Assembly: GCA_963822445.1 (NCBI GenBank)
Contig: CAWGHO010000002.1
Coordinates: forward strand, 1,216,001-1,280,000
Direction: 5' to 3'
From: an uncultured Acidobacteriota bacterium
GTDB taxonomy: Bacteria > Acidobacteriota > Thermoanaerobaculia > Gp7-AA8
Length of the DNA stretch: 64,000 nucleotides
This document shows, one piece after another, positions 11,447 through 21,630 of this stretch. The stretch's first letter is position 1; the number at the start of each line of letters is the position of its first letter. A program made the position numbers and the translations under genes. Under the pieces are notes generated by a model. The model made no database searches. It had not been told where the DNA came from and saw only the letters and a list, made by a program, of their open reading frames with translations.

Positions 11447-12782
11447 TCGGCTTCTCCTTCTTGTCGCCGGCCGTCTTCTTCTTCGCGTCGGCATCGTCCT
11501 TCTTCAGGCGATCCTCCTTCTCCTTGCGCAAGGCCTCGCGCTGGGCGAGATCGCGCTCGCGATCGAAGTAGATCTCCCCTTCGATGAACGTCGTGTCGAC
11601 GCGCGAGTAAGTGGACAGCGGATGACCGTTCCAGATCGCGAGATCGGCGTCCTTGCCGACCTCGATCGAGCCGATGCGGTGATCGAGGCGCAGCTGTTTC
11701 GCAGGATTGATGGTGCAGAGCTGCAGCGCTTCTTCTTCGGTGAGGCCGCCGTACTTCATGGCCTTGGCGGCGTCGAGGTTGAGATGCCGCGCGAGCTCGT
11801 CGGAATCGGAGTTGACGCTGGTGAGCACGCCGTTCCGCACCATCAGGGCGACGTTGTACGGCGTCGCGTCATACGCCTCGGCCTTGTAGCCCCACCAGTC
11901 GATGAACGTGCCCGCGCCGGCGCCGTGCTCGCGGATCTCCTTCGCGACTTTGTAGCCCTCGAGCACGTGCTGCAGCTCGCGGACCTTGAAGCCCATCTCG
12001 TCGGCGAGGTCGAGGAGCATCACGATCTCGTCGGAGCGGTAGCTGTGCGCATGGATGTCAATTTTGCCGCGCAGGATGTCGGCCATCGTGTCCATGAGGA
12101 TGTCTTTGCGCGGCGGGATCGGCGACTCGCCTTTCTTGCGGCGGGCCTCGTAGTCGTCCCACTCGGCCATGTAATCGCGCGCGTCGGTGAAGGACTTGCG
12201 GATCACTTCCTCGACGCCCATGCGCGTGGCCGGGTACTGCCGCGGCACACCCTCGGGCGGCCGGAAGTTCGAGGATTTTGGATTCTCGCCGAGGGCGAAT
12301 TTGATGGTGCGGGGGGCGTCGGCGACGATCCAGTCCGACGCGGGACGGCCCCACTTCCATTTCACGATCTGGCTCTGACCGCCGATCGCATTCGCCGAGC
12401 CGTGAAGGATCAGCGCGGCGGTCGTGCCGCCGGCGAGCTGGCGATAAGCGGAGACGTCATTCGGATCGAGGACGTCGCTGATGCGCACCATGCCGCTGTT
12501 CGGCACCGTGCCTTCGTTGACCTGTCCTTCCACGCCGGCGTGCGAGTGCGTGTCGATGATGCCCGGCAGCACGAACTTGCCCGTGCCGTCGATGACCGTC
12601 GCGTTTGCGGGCGCGCTGACGTTGCGGCCGACCGCGGCGATCTTCGAGCCGCGGATGAGGACCGAGCCGTTCTCGATGGTTCCTTTGGTGACGGTGAGAA
12701 TGGTGGCGTTGCGGATGAGGGTGACGCGCTCCTGGGCGAGGAGGGGAAAGGTGATGGCGATTGCCAGCAGCGTGCGTTTCAT
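11439..12782 (-). CDS. Secreted amidohydrolase with intact metal ligands
   Basis: Signal peptide [16 protein letters not shown]; [43 protein letters not shown]. Confidence 0.9.
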   Translation of the reverse strand: MKRTLLAIAITFPLLAQERVTLIRNATILTVTKGTIENGSVLIRGSKIAAVGRNVSAPANATVIDGTGKFVLPGIIDTHSHAGVEGQVNEGTVPNSGMVRISDVLDPNDVSAYRQLAGGTTAALILHGSANAIGGQSQIVKWKWGRPASDWIVADAPRTIKFALGENPKSSNFRPPEGVPRQYPATRMGVEEVIRKSFTDARDYMAEWDDYEARRKKGESPIPPRKDILMDTMADILRGKIDIHAHSYRSDEIVMLLDLADEMGFKVRELQHVLEGYKVAKEIREHGAGAGTFIDWWGYKAEAYDATPYNVALMVRNGVLTSVNSDSDELARHLNLDAAKAMKYGGLTEEEALQLCTINPAKQLRLDHRIGSIEVGKDADLAIWNGHPLSTYSRVDTTFIEGEIYFDRERDLAQREALRKEKEDRLKKDDADAKKKTAGDKKEKPNA

Positions 12783-14389
12783 TCTGATTTGCTCCCGCTG
12801 AAGCTGAACGTGCCGATGGTCGTGTTGACGTTGCCTTCCATCGTGTTGCCGGTCACGGTGCCGGTGAATGCCCAGTCGCTCGCTTCGGACTCGTTCTGCG
12901 CGTTCGTGGTGATGGTGAAGTCGAACGTCGGATCGGTGAACGAGCCGCTGCGGATGTCGCCGGAGCCGCGGTCGCCGGAGAACGTGCCGGTCAGACCGCC
13001 ATCCTCCACCTTCAGCGTCACCTGGATCGAGACGTTGCCCTCCGGCGCGCGCACGATGAGGCTCCACGTGCCGTCGATCGGCGTCGCCGCCGCCGTAGCG
13101 GCACCTTCACGTCCGGCCTTGTCGTCGGCGGGCAGGCGGATCTCGCGGCCGTCGACGAACACGCGGGTTACTTTCGATTTCTCTTCGAACAGCGGCTTGT
13201 CGCTGACGACGATGTTCGCGATCTTGCCGCGCTCGAGCGATCCGAGCTGCCGGTCGATGCCGAGGATCCGCGCCGGGGCGAGAGTCGTCGCGCGCAGGGC
13301 ATCCGCGGCGGAGAGGCCGTTCTCGATGGCCTTGCGAACGCCGGGATGGAAATCGCCGGTCTTTCCGGGACCGCTCACCAGCGCGAACTGCACGCCGGCC
13401 TTGGCCAGCACCGACGGGGTAGTCGGCGCGAGCTGCCGATCGCGAATCACGCGCAGCGGCTGGTCTTCGCGATCCTGTTTGTCCGTCGGCGCGGCCGGCC
13501 ACTTCACCGACACCAGGACCGGCACGTTCTTCAGATCGTTCGCAACCGCGTACGCCTGGCGTCCGCCGGAGATCATGTAGCGGAGATTGAATTCTTTGGC
13601 GATGGCCTGCACGCGGCGAATGGCCAGCTCGCTGTCGGCCATGAACACGACCGGGAGCTCGCGGCGGATCACCGGACGCATGGCCTCGAGGCTCGGGTTG
13701 TCCGCGGGACGCTGCAGGCCCGTCGGATTCTTCTCGTAGATCGCCCGCGCGCTCTGATGCTGATCGGCATCCATGAACGTCTGCCGGATGTGGGCGATGA
13801 CGCCCATCAGGCTGTTCGGGAACGCGGTGAAGAAACCGGGTCGCGGCGTGAAGGAGATCTGCATCGTCGCCGGACTCTTGATGACGCGCGACTCGATCGG
13901 GCCTTCGCCGAGGTTCACCACGACTGATTGGCCGTTGAACACGCCGGCCGTCGGCGCTGTGAGAACGGTCGTCACGCCGATCGCGCGGCGCGCACTCGCG
14001 TCGTCGTCGCTGATCTTCGCGTTGCGGATGGCGATCGAGTCCGGCGTCGGCTCGGGAGCCTGTTCCGTTCGCGCCGCCGCGCCGCCTCCGCCTCCGCCGC
14101 CGGTTCTGCGCGGCGGCGCGGCGAATCCGAGGGACGTCTGGGCGTCGATGAGACCGGGGTAGACGTGTGCGCCGGCGACGTCGATGGTCGTGGCGTCGGC
14201 AGGAATGGCCACGTTGGCGCCGACTGCCTCGATCAGGCCCTCGCGGATGACGACCACGCCATTCGGAATGGCAGGACCCGAGACGGGATGCACCGTGCCG
14301 CCCGTGATCGCGTAGACGCCGGGGGCGTCGGCGAAGGCAGCGGATGCCGTGAGAAGTACGAGAAGGGCGACGAATCGCCGAAGACCCAT
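12779..14389 (-). CDS. Secreted amidohydrolase-family protein lacking HxH, with an extra C-terminal beta domain
   Basis: GGAGG RBS, ATG 14389; signal peptide; PGLIDAQT; [13 protein letters not shown]; C-terminal IDGTWSL... domain. Confidence 0.85.
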   Translation of the reverse strand: MGLRRFVALLVLLTASAAFADAPGVYAITGGTVHPVSGPAIPNGVVVIREGLIEAVGANVAIPADATTIDVAGAHVYPGLIDAQTSLGFAAPPRRTGGGGGGGAAARTEQAPEPTPDSIAIRNAKISDDDASARRAIGVTTVLTAPTAGVFNGQSVVVNLGEGPIESRVIKSPATMQISFTPRPGFFTAFPNSLMGVIAHIRQTFMDADQHQSARAIYEKNPTGLQRPADNPSLEAMRPVIRRELPVVFMADSELAIRRVQAIAKEFNLRYMISGGRQAYAVANDLKNVPVLVSVKWPAAPTDKQDREDQPLRVIRDRQLAPTTPSVLAKAGVQFALVSGPGKTGDFHPGVRKAIENGLSAADALRATTLAPARILGIDRQLGSLERGKIANIVVSDKPLFEEKSKVTRVFVDGREIRLPADDKAGREGAATAAATPIDGTWSLIVRAPEGNVSIQVTLKVEDGGLTGTFSGDRGSGDIRSGSFTDPTFDFTITTNAQNESEASDWAFTGTVTGNTMEGNVNTTIGTFSFSGSKSE

Positions 14390-14464
14390 GCCCACCTCCG
14401 AAGAACGGGCGGCATGATACAGAGAGCGTTCAAATTTGTTACCCTCCCTTTTCTCGGAGTCCGA

Positions 14465-15619
14465 ATGGTCCTCTTCAACTACGCCACGAAAGAGATCACC
14501 GCGAAGATCGTCTATTACGGGCCCGGTCTCTGCGGCAAGACCACGAACCTGCAGTTCGTTTACGACTCTCTGCCGTCGAACAACAAGAGCAAGATGCTCT
14601 CGCTGGCGACGAAGACGGACCGCACTCTCTTCTTCGACTTCCTCCCGCTCGACCTCGGCAAGATCCGCGGCATGCGCACCAAGCTGCAGCTCTACACCGT
14701 GCCCGGGCAGGTCTACTACAACTCCACGCGCCAGCTCGTACTGAAAGGCGCGGACGGAATCGTGTTCGTGGCGGACAGCCAGGACTTCGCGCTCGACGCG
14801 AATCAGGAGTCGCTGCAGAACCTCGAGGACAACCTCAAGCGCCAGGGCGTACGTCTGCGCGAGATGCCGCTGGTGCTGCAGTACAACAAGCGCGATCTGC
14901 CGAACGCGCTGCCGGTTGCGGAGCTCAACGCGGAGCTGAACAAGCAGAACGTGCCGAACTTCGAGTCCGTGGCCACGACCGGACTCGGCGTCGAAGAGAC
15001 GCTGAAGGGCATCACCCAGCTGGTGCTCGCCCACCTGGTCAAGAAATACGGGCTGGAAGGGGCGGAGCCGCTGGAGAAGGAAATTCAGATTCTCAACGCG
15101 CCGTCGCAACGTCCCGCCACGACCGATTCATTGTGGGACGAGGACGATGAGGATCCGTTCGGAAGCGCGCCCGCGCCGGCACCCGCGCGAGCGGCCGCCG
15201 CGGCGGTTTCGGCAGCACCTGCGGGCGAAGCGGAGTTCGATCTCGACGATGCAGGCGACGAGAACATCCCCCTGGTCGCGACGGAGCTGCTGCCGTCGTC
15301 GGTCGGACAGTCGGTGACGATGAACAATCCATTCGAAGACGTGACGGACTACTTCAGCACTCCCGGTCCCGGTGCCGCGCCGGCGTCGCTCGACATCCCG
15401 ACGATGTCCGTGGAGATCCCGCTTCCCGCGGGGATTCTCGATTCGCTTCCGGTGCTCGGCGAAGACGCACCGCGACTCTCGTCGTCACAGCCCGAGCGCC
15501 GCGCGAACGACGGCCTGGTGAAAGAGGTCAGCATCCCCCTGAACCTCTCCCTGGATGAACTTCGCCAGCATCGGCGTTTGAGGCTGAAGATCACGCTCGA
15601 TGTGAATTTGCTGCCGTGA
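14465..15619 (+). CDS. mglA: MglA-like small GTPase with a ~190-aa acidic/Pro-rich C-terminal extension
   Basis: MVLFNYATKEITAKIVYYGPGLCGKTTNL, DRTLFFDFLP, LYTVPGQVYY, NKRDLP. Confidence 0.88.
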   Translation: MVLFNYATKEITAKIVYYGPGLCGKTTNLQFVYDSLPSNNKSKMLSLATKTDRTLFFDFLPLDLGKIRGMRTKLQLYTVPGQVYYNSTRQLVLKGADGIVFVADSQDFALDANQESLQNLEDNLKRQGVRLREMPLVLQYNKRDLPNALPVAELNAELNKQNVPNFESVATTGLGVEETLKGITQLVLAHLVKKYGLEGAEPLEKEIQILNAPSQRPATTDSLWDEDDEDPFGSAPAPAPARAAAAAVSAAPAGEAEFDLDDAGDENIPLVATELLPSSVGQSVTMNNPFEDVTDYFSTPGPGAAPASLDIPTMSVEIPLPAGILDSLPVLGEDAPRLSSSQPERRANDGLVKEVSIPLNLSLDELRQHRRLRLKITLDVNLLP

Positions 15620-15623
15620 TTCC

Positions 15624-15713
15624 GGAGGGGTGGCCGAGTGGTTTAAGGCAGCGGTCTTGAAAACCGCCGTACGGGTAACCGTACCGTGGGTTCGAATCCC
15701 ACCTCCTCCGCCA
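15624..15713 (+). tRNA. tRNA-Ser(TGA)
   Basis: Acceptor GGAGGGG/CTCCTCC, anticodon arm gcggt-cTTGAaa-accgc, long variable arm, GGTTCGAATCC, encoded CCA. Confidence 0.96.
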
Positions 15714-15739
15714 ACCTTCACCTCGTGCACCGCCCAAAA

Positions 15740-15765
15740 GGTAGGCCGGAGGCCCACACTACACG
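15740..15765. repeat. GTAG-type REP-like repeat, single copy
   Basis: gtaggccggaggcccacactacac is identical to the unit at 27775-27798. Confidence 0.85.
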
Positions 15766-15876
15766 CCAGTTTTTTCCTAGCCGGACTCAGGCACGAATCT
15801 TCCTATAAGTGCGCTTGCGCTCGCCATCAGTGAGTGAGCGCCCACTGACAAAGATCGATTCGTTCGCGGGAGTACG

Positions 15877-17391
15877 ATGGCTGGCGCTTCTGACCTGAAA
15901 GGCAGTCCCCCAATGTCCGCATCCCCCGATGTCGCGGCCACCGGCATCAAAGGCCTCGACCACATTCTCCTTGGCGGCTTTCCCCGCAACCGCGTTTACC
16001 TCGTGCAAGGCGATCCCGGCGTCGGCAAGACCACGATGGGATTGCAGTTCCTCATCGAAGGGGTTCGCCGCGGCGAGCGCTGTCTCTACATCACCCTCTC
16101 CGAATCGCGCGACGAGCTTCACGCGGTCGCTCAATCGCACGGCTGGAATCTCGACGGCATCGAGATCTACCAGCAGCTCGTCGGCGAAGAAGCGCTGACC
16201 GAGGAAGACACTACAGTCTTCTATCCGGCGGAGGTCGAGCTCGGAGAAACGATCCGCTCCATGCTGGTCGAAGTCGACCGCGTGAAACCGCAGCGGGTCG
16301 TGCTCGACTCGCTCAGCGAGATCCGCCTGCTCGCGCAGAGCAGCCTTCGCTACCGGAAGCAGATCCTCGCTCTCAAGCAGTTCTTCGCCCCTCGCAACGT
16401 CACCGTTCTCTGCCTCGACGACCGCACGTCGGACGTCAGCGATCTCCAGTTGCAGAGCGTTCCGCACGGCGTCGTGGAACTGGAGCGCTTCACGCCGCTG
16501 TACGGCGCCGCGCGCAGGCGTCTGCAGCTGGTGAAGGTTCGCGGTCTCAATTTCAAAGACGGCTATCACGACTTCAACATCCTCACCGGCGGCATCGTGG
16601 TCTATCCGCGCCTCGTCGCCGCAGAGCATCGAACGACGTCGCCGCGCGAACAGGTGCCCAGTGGTGTCGGCGCGCTCGACGACATGCTCGGCGCGGGCAT
16701 CGATCGCGGCACCAGCACGGTGATCATGGGGCCCGCCGGCGCCGGCAAATCGGCGTTGACGACGCAATACGTCGTCGCCGCGGCCCGGCGCGGCGAGAAG
16801 TCCGCCATGTTCCTGTTCGAGGAGAGCATGGCCAGCCTGCTCAATCGAGCGGCCTCGCTGGGCCTGCCGATGGAGGAATTCGTCGACAAAGGCCTGATCA
16901 ACGTCCGCCAGGTCGATCCCGCGCAACTTCAGCCTGGGGAGTTTGCGCATCTCGTCAGCGAGGCCGTCGAAGAAGACGGCATCCGCCTGCTCGTGATCGA
17001 CAGCCTCAATGGCTATCTGAACGCGGTGCCCGAGGAGCGGTTCCTGCTGCTTCACCTGCACGAGCTGCTCAGCTACCTCGGCCAGCACGGCGTGGCCACC
17101 ATCCTCGTCTTCGCACAGCACGGACTGATCGGATCGATGCAGAGCAGCGTCGACGTCAGCTATCTCGCCGACTGCGTGGTGCTCCTCCGCTACTACGAAG
17201 CGGAAGGGCGCATTCACAAAGCCATCTCCGTCGTGAAGAAGCGTAGCGGCCCGCATGAGACGGCGATCCGCGCGTTCACGATGGGCGCGAACGGCATCGA
17301 AGTCGGCCCTCCTCTCTCCACCTATCACGGCGTGCTTTCCGGCATTCCGAACTACGACCGAACGCTTCACGCGAGGATCGGCGCAGAGTGA
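15877..17391 (+). CDS. KaiC-like double RecA-domain ATPase
   Basis: Two Walker A motifs (GDPGVGKT, GPAGAGKS); VLDSL and VIDSL; VKVRG and VKKRSG; DVSYLAD at the KaiC phosphosite position. Start 15877 or 15913. Confidence 0.9.
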   Translation: MAGASDLKGSPPMSASPDVAATGIKGLDHILLGGFPRNRVYLVQGDPGVGKTTMGLQFLIEGVRRGERCLYITLSESRDELHAVAQSHGWNLDGIEIYQQLVGEEALTEEDTTVFYPAEVELGETIRSMLVEVDRVKPQRVVLDSLSEIRLLAQSSLRYRKQILALKQFFAPRNVTVLCLDDRTSDVSDLQLQSVPHGVVELERFTPLYGAARRRLQLVKVRGLNFKDGYHDFNILTGGIVVYPRLVAAEHRTTSPREQVPSGVGALDDMLGAGIDRGTSTVIMGPAGAGKSALTTQYVVAAARRGEKSAMFLFEESMASLLNRAASLGLPMEEFVDKGLINVRQVDPAQLQPGEFAHLVSEAVEEDGIRLLVIDSLNGYLNAVPEERFLLLHLHELLSYLGQHGVATILVFAQHGLIGSMQSSVDVSYLADCVVLLRYYEAEGRIHKAISVVKKRSGPHETAIRAFTMGANGIEVGPPLSTYHGVLSGIPNYDRTLHARIGAE

Positions 17392-18953
17392 ACAGCGAGC
17401 GTCCCGACATGGTGCTCATCGCGGCGCCGATCGGGCGCGACGCGGAGCTCATGTGCGCGCAGCTGCGAGCGGCCGGTCTGCGCTGCGAGACCTGTTCGGA
17501 CGTCGCCGATCTCTGCCGGCACATCGCCAGCGGCGTCGCCGCGATCATCGCCACGGAAGAAGCGCTTCCGCCAGACCGGATTCACGAGCTCGCGAAAGTC
17601 GTCGCCGACGAACCGCCCTGGTCGGAGATCCCGCTGATCATCCTGACCTCGGCGCCGTCACTCGAACAGAAGACCCGCTCCTTCGACCTGCTGGCGCGAC
17701 GCACGAACGTCACGCTGATCGATCGCCCGGTTCGCATCAAGAGTCTGATCAGCGCCGCGCGATCGGCGATTCGCGCGCGGCAACGACAGTACGACGTGCG
17801 CGATCTGATGCAGCAGCTCCAGGACCGCATTCACGAGCGAGACCGCTTCCTGGCCGTCCTCGGACACGAGCTGCGCAATCCCCTCGGCGCGATTCTGCTC
17901 GCGGCGCAGATGACGGACGCGGACGGCCGGCTCGACGGCGAGCATGCGCATCTCATCGAGCGGCAGTCGCGGCATCTCACCCGGCTGGTCAACGATCTTC
18001 TCGACCTGTCGCGCGTCGCCGCCGGCAAGATCACGCTGAAACGCAACATCACCGATCTGCGCGAGATCGCCTCGCAGTCGATCGAAGTGGTGCGGCCCGC
18101 GGCGGAACGGCAGGGCGTCTCGCTCGAAGTTCTCCATTGCGAGAAACCGCTGCTCGTGGATGCCGATGGAATCCGCGTCGATCAGATCCTGACCAACATC
18201 CTCACCAACGCGATCAAGTACACGCCCGAGGGTGGACATGTAACGCTCGCGCTGAAGCCTGAGGATGGTGCGGGCGTGCTGGAAGTCGTGGACAACGGCG
18301 TGGGAATCGCGCCGGACCGCATCGGCAACATCTTCGAGCTCTTCGCGCAGGCCGAGAACGCGATCGGCCGGGCGCAGGGCGGGATGGGCATCGGCCTGGC
18401 CCTGGTTCGCAATCTCGTCGAGCTGCACGGCGGTACCGTGCACGCGGCCAGCGACGGCATCGGCAAAGGGAGCCGGTTCACGGTGCGCCTGCCGCTGGCC
18501 ACGGCGGCGCAGAAAGCCGACGCGCCGGAGGCTCTTCCCGGCGTGGTGGTCGCGGTCGAGGATGTCACGCGACGCATCGTGATCGTCGAAGACAACAAGG
18601 ACGTTCGCGATCTGCTTCGCCTGCGGCTGAAAAAGCTCGGCCATGACGTGCTCGACGCGCCCGACGGCGTGGAAGGCCTCCGCGTGGTCCTGCAGGAGAA
18701 ACCCGATCTGGCACTGGTCGACCTCGGATTGCCGGGAATCGACGGGTTCGAGGTCGCGAAAGGCATTCGCGCTGAGCTCGGCCAAGACGTCGTGCTCGTT
18801 GCCGTAAGCGGTTTCGGACAGCCCGAGGACAAACGTCGGGCGATCGAGGCCGGCTTCGACGAGCACATCACCAAGCCTGCCGACGTGAAGGACATCGAAA
18901 GCATCCTCAAACGCTTCCCGCCGCGGAATTCGACCGTGGCGGGCGGCGTCTAG
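17388..18953 (+). CDS. Hybrid sensor histidine kinase / response regulator
   Basis: LGHELRNPL H-box, NILTNAIKYT N-box, DNGVGI, GMGIGL, C-terminal receiver (VEDN, VDLGLP, KP). GTGA overlap with the KaiC-like gene. Confidence 0.93.
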   Translation: MNSERPDMVLIAAPIGRDAELMCAQLRAAGLRCETCSDVADLCRHIASGVAAIIATEEALPPDRIHELAKVVADEPPWSEIPLIILTSAPSLEQKTRSFDLLARRTNVTLIDRPVRIKSLISAARSAIRARQRQYDVRDLMQQLQDRIHERDRFLAVLGHELRNPLGAILLAAQMTDADGRLDGEHAHLIERQSRHLTRLVNDLLDLSRVAAGKITLKRNITDLREIASQSIEVVRPAAERQGVSLEVLHCEKPLLVDADGIRVDQILTNILTNAIKYTPEGGHVTLALKPEDGAGVLEVVDNGVGIAPDRIGNIFELFAQAENAIGRAQGGMGIGLALVRNLVELHGGTVHAASDGIGKGSRFTVRLPLATAAQKADAPEALPGVVVAVEDVTRRIVIVEDNKDVRDLLRLRLKKLGHDVLDAPDGVEGLRVVLQEKPDLALVDLGLPGIDGFEVAKGIRAELGQDVVLVAVSGFGQPEDKRRAIEAGFDEHITKPADVKDIESILKRFPPRNSTVAGGV

Positions 18954-18983
18954 TTAGTCATCGTCCAACCCGGCCCCAGGTTC

Positions 18984-19325
18984 ATGGTTCAAAAAGTTCT
19001 CGTAGTCGAAAACTACGCCGATCTGAATGCGGCGATCACTTCCGCCCTGCCGGACGATTGCAACTGCACGTCGGTGCGAACTTCGGAAGAGGCCATCGTG
19101 CGGCTGCGCGAGGAGCACTACGAGGTGATCCTGCTCGCGCCGCGGCTTCCAATCCAGGACGACCCGGTCATGCACTTCCTGCACGAGAACCAGCCGGACG
19201 AGATCGCGAAGGTGATCCTGATGACCGATCCCGGCGACGCGGACGGCTCCGGCGAGGACTGCCGGGTGCTGGTCAAGCCGTTCAACCGGGAGGAGCTGGT
19301 GGCGAAGGTGACGGGCGGGGAGTAG
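18984..19325 (+). CDS. Single-domain receiver protein, atypical (no phosphoacceptor Asp)
   Basis: KVLVVENY...VILLAPRLP...VILMT...LVKPF. Ala occupies the usual Asp position. Confidence 0.72.
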   Translation: MVQKVLVVENYADLNAAITSALPDDCNCTSVRTSEEAIVRLREEHYEVILLAPRLPIQDDPVMHFLHENQPDEIAKVILMTDPGDADGSGEDCRVLVKPFNREELVAKVTGGE

Positions 19326-19328
19326 CGC

Positions 19329-19421
19329 TGGCGGAGAGAGAGGGATTCGAACCCTCGGTAGAGGTTTACCCCCTACGGCGGTTTAGCAAACCGCTGGTTT
19401 CAGCCACTCACCCATCTCTCC
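19329..19421 (-). tRNA. tRNA-Ser(GCT)
   Basis: Reverse complement reads GGAGAGATGGGTGAGTGGCTGAAACCAGCGGTTTGCTAAACCGC...GGTTCGAATCCCTCTCTCTCCGCCA. Confidence 0.96.
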
Positions 19422-19472
19422 GTGCTGAAGCGCACGACGCACAATAGCCGATTGTCGCTCACAATTCCCAAC

Positions 19473-20978
19473 TCAGGAACCGACGTCCACCTTCTCCAGC
19501 GGATGCCGCGCCGGCCCGTTCAGCACCTCGCCCTCCGTCGTGAATCGTGAGCCGTGACAGGGGCAGTCCCACGTCCGCTCTGCGGGGTTCCAGGCCACGT
19601 CGCATTTCATGTGCGTGCAGACCGGCGAGACGCAGTGCAGCGAGCCTTTGTCATCGCGGTAGGCGGCGATCTTCTTTCCGTCGACCTTGATGATCTTTCC
19701 TTCGCCGATCCCCACTTCCTCCGTCGTTTTCGCCTCGACGCCCATCGAGGTCAGGCGATCGGCGGCGAGATGCGCGGGGAAGTGCAGGTTCTCGGTCAGG
19801 AACTCGCGCGCGGTCATGTGCGGGCGCTTGCGGTCGATGTCGAAGACCCCCGCCCACTTGTTGTCGACGCCGGTGATGAGGTCCGTGACGATCATCGCCC
19901 CGACGGTTCCGAAGGTCATGCCCTGGCCGGAGTAGCCGGTGGAGATGTAGACGTTTTTCTTCCCGCCGATCAGCGGCAGACCGCCGTGCGGCTCGATGAT
20001 CTGGCCGGACCAGCGATAGCGCACGGGATGCGATCCGAAATGCTCGCGCGTGTAATCGACGAGCCGCTGGAAACAGGCCTCGGTGTCTTCTTCCTCGCCG
20101 ACGCGATGATCCTCGCCGCCGACGATCATGAACGTTCCTTCGTCCGTGTCCTGCCAGCGGGTGTAGTGATACGGATCGGCGGTATCCCAAAACAGTCCCT
20201 CCGGATGCTCGCCTTCGACGCGGAAGGCGATGGCGTACGTGCGATACGCCGCGGCCAGCGTGTGAATCGGGGTGAAGCCGGCGATGGGAACGTTCGTGGC
20301 CATGAAGACCGCTTTCGCGGTCACGCGTCCGCGCTCGGTCTGTACTTCGCAGGGATCGCCGTTCTTCACATCGGTGACCTGCGTTCTGGTGAAGATGCGG
20401 CAGCCGTCGCCGGAGATCTTTCCCGCGAGGGCATGGAGATATTCACCGGGATGGAACTGCGCCTGGTTCTCGAACAGCGCCGCGCCGCGCGTCGGAAACG
20501 GGAGAGGAACGGAGTCGATGAACTTCACGTCCAGGCCCGCTTCGCGCGCCGCGACGGCCTCGTTCTTCACCTCGGCGACGTACTTCCGTTTCTCGGTATA
20601 GAGGTAGCCGGGGATGCGGCGGAAGCGGCAGGAGATGGAGTAGCGGTCGATGAGATCGGTGATCTTCAGAATCGACTCGCGGCTCGCTTCGGCGACGAGC
20701 TTCGCATCCTGTTCGCTGTATTTGCGGCGGATGTAATGGTAGCGGGCGTCGACGGCCTCTGTGAGATGGGCGGTGGTGTTTCCGCTCTCGCCCGCGGCGA
20801 TCGTTTCCTTCTCCAGAACGATCACGCTGCGGCCCCGCTCCTTCAAAAGGGCGGCGGCGGTGAGTCCCGTTATTCCCGCGCCGATAATGACCACATCGGC
20901 CGTCTGATCGCCTTCGAGGGGGGTGTATTCCGGAGCGTGACTGGTGCCCTCCCAGAGTGATGTGGAGTGCTGTTTCAT
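19473..20978 (-). CDS. FAD-dependent oxidoreductase with C-terminal Rieske domain (YhfW-like)
   Basis: VIIGAGITGLT, GESGNTTAHLT, AQFHP, CTHMKC and WDCPCHGSRF. Confidence 0.92.
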   Translation of the reverse strand: MKQHSTSLWEGTSHAPEYTPLEGDQTADVVIIGAGITGLTAAALLKERGRSVIVLEKETIAAGESGNTTAHLTEAVDARYHYIRRKYSEQDAKLVAEASRESILKITDLIDRYSISCRFRRIPGYLYTEKRKYVAEVKNEAVAAREAGLDVKFIDSVPLPFPTRGAALFENQAQFHPGEYLHALAGKISGDGCRIFTRTQVTDVKNGDPCEVQTERGRVTAKAVFMATNVPIAGFTPIHTLAAAYRTYAIAFRVEGEHPEGLFWDTADPYHYTRWQDTDEGTFMIVGGEDHRVGEEEDTEACFQRLVDYTREHFGSHPVRYRWSGQIIEPHGGLPLIGGKKNVYISTGYSGQGMTFGTVGAMIVTDLITGVDNKWAGVFDIDRKRPHMTAREFLTENLHFPAHLAADRLTSMGVEAKTTEEVGIGEGKIIKVDGKKIAAYRDDKGSLHCVSPVCTHMKCDVAWNPAERTWDCPCHGSRFTTEGEVLNGPARHPLEKVDVGS

Positions 20979-20998
20979 GGCTTTACGGCACGCGCAAA

Positions 20999-21014
20999 CG
21001 CAAGAAACGAACCG
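20999..21014 (-). promoter_or_regulatory. Putative sigma54 -24/-12 promoter (YhfW-like gene)
   Basis: Minus strand cGGttcgtttcTTGCg, GG-N10-GC, ending about 20 bp before the ATG. Confidence 0.45.
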
Positions 21015-21022
21015 TACCCAAC

Positions 21023-21038
21023 GGGCACGCTTCGTGCT
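21023..21038 (+). promoter_or_regulatory. Putative sigma54 -24/-12 promoter (KGG gene)
   Basis: gGGCACGcttcgTGCT matches the TGGCACG-N4-TTGCW consensus closely. Confidence 0.55.
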
Positions 21039-21111
21039 CGACAATAAGTTGCCTTACGCGGTGCGCGGTAGCTCAACACCGTGGACATTCCAAACCCGAA
21101 GGAGACCGAAA

Positions 21112-21594
21112 ATGGCAACGAGTAAGCGCGGTTTTGCGTCGATGGATGCGGCTAAGCAGCGCGAGATTGCAAGTAAAGGTGGGCGCGCGGCACATGCGAA
21201 GGGCACCGCCCATGAGTTCACTTCTGACGAGGCCCGAGTCGCCGGCCGCAAGGGCGGCGAGGCTGTCAGCCGCGATCGTGCGCACATGGCCGCGATCGGA
21301 CGCGAAGGTGGTCACAGCCGCGGAGCGCGTGCGCGCGCTGCCGGTACGACGGGAAACGTCGCGGCACCGAACGTGACCAGCCCCCGTTCCGACAACGAGG
21401 TCCGCACGGACTTTTCGCAGGGCACCGGCTCGCAGCCGTTCGTCCGTCAGGTCAACGACGAGCGCAGTGGCTTCGAGAACCCGTCCGGACGTGGCTCGGC
21501 CAGCGGCGGCTACGGCTCCCAGGAGCGCTCCCGCCAGGATCGCGATCGCGAGAACGCAACCGACTCGCCGATCTCGAATCGCGACCGGTTCTAG
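21112..21594 (+). CDS. KGG-repeat stress-induced protein
   Basis: RGFASMDAAKQREIASKGG...AHEFTSDEARVAGRKGG...MAAIGREGG; GGAG RBS. Confidence 0.92.
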   Translation: MATSKRGFASMDAAKQREIASKGGRAAHAKGTAHEFTSDEARVAGRKGGEAVSRDRAHMAAIGREGGHSRGARARAAGTTGNVAAPNVTSPRSDNEVRTDFSQGTGSQPFVRQVNDERSGFENPSGRGSASGGYGSQERSRQDRDRENATDSPISNRDRF

Positions 21595-21600
21595 AACCCC

Positions 21601-21630
21601 GTGTGGTGCGGGCTCCGGCCCGCACTACAC
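21601..21630. repeat. REP-related hairpin between convergent genes (possible terminator)
   Basis: gtgtggtgcgggc-tccg-gcccgcactacac; shares the cactacac end with the GTAG REP family and overlaps the DUF2231 stop. Confidence 0.7.

Noticed and set aside
11352-13580. 742-aa plus-strand ORF, and similarly 22728-25556, 37441-39528, 40019-41692 and 62189-63760
   Set aside because: Each lies antisense to a motif-bearing gene and has no recognisable domain.
12779-15619. Apparent long overlap of the amidohydrolase (to 15109) and MglA (from 13928) ORFs
   Set aside because: ORF-caller extensions; the real starts are 14389 (RBS, signal peptide) and 14465, which are divergent and non-overlapping.
15877-17391. 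A circadian clock locus
   Set aside because: No kaiA or kaiB in the window; the context is a kinase-coupled KaiC-like ATPase.
15624-19421. Genomic island between two convergent tRNA-Ser genes
   Set aside because: No integrase, no duplicated tRNA 3' end and no obvious compositional shift.
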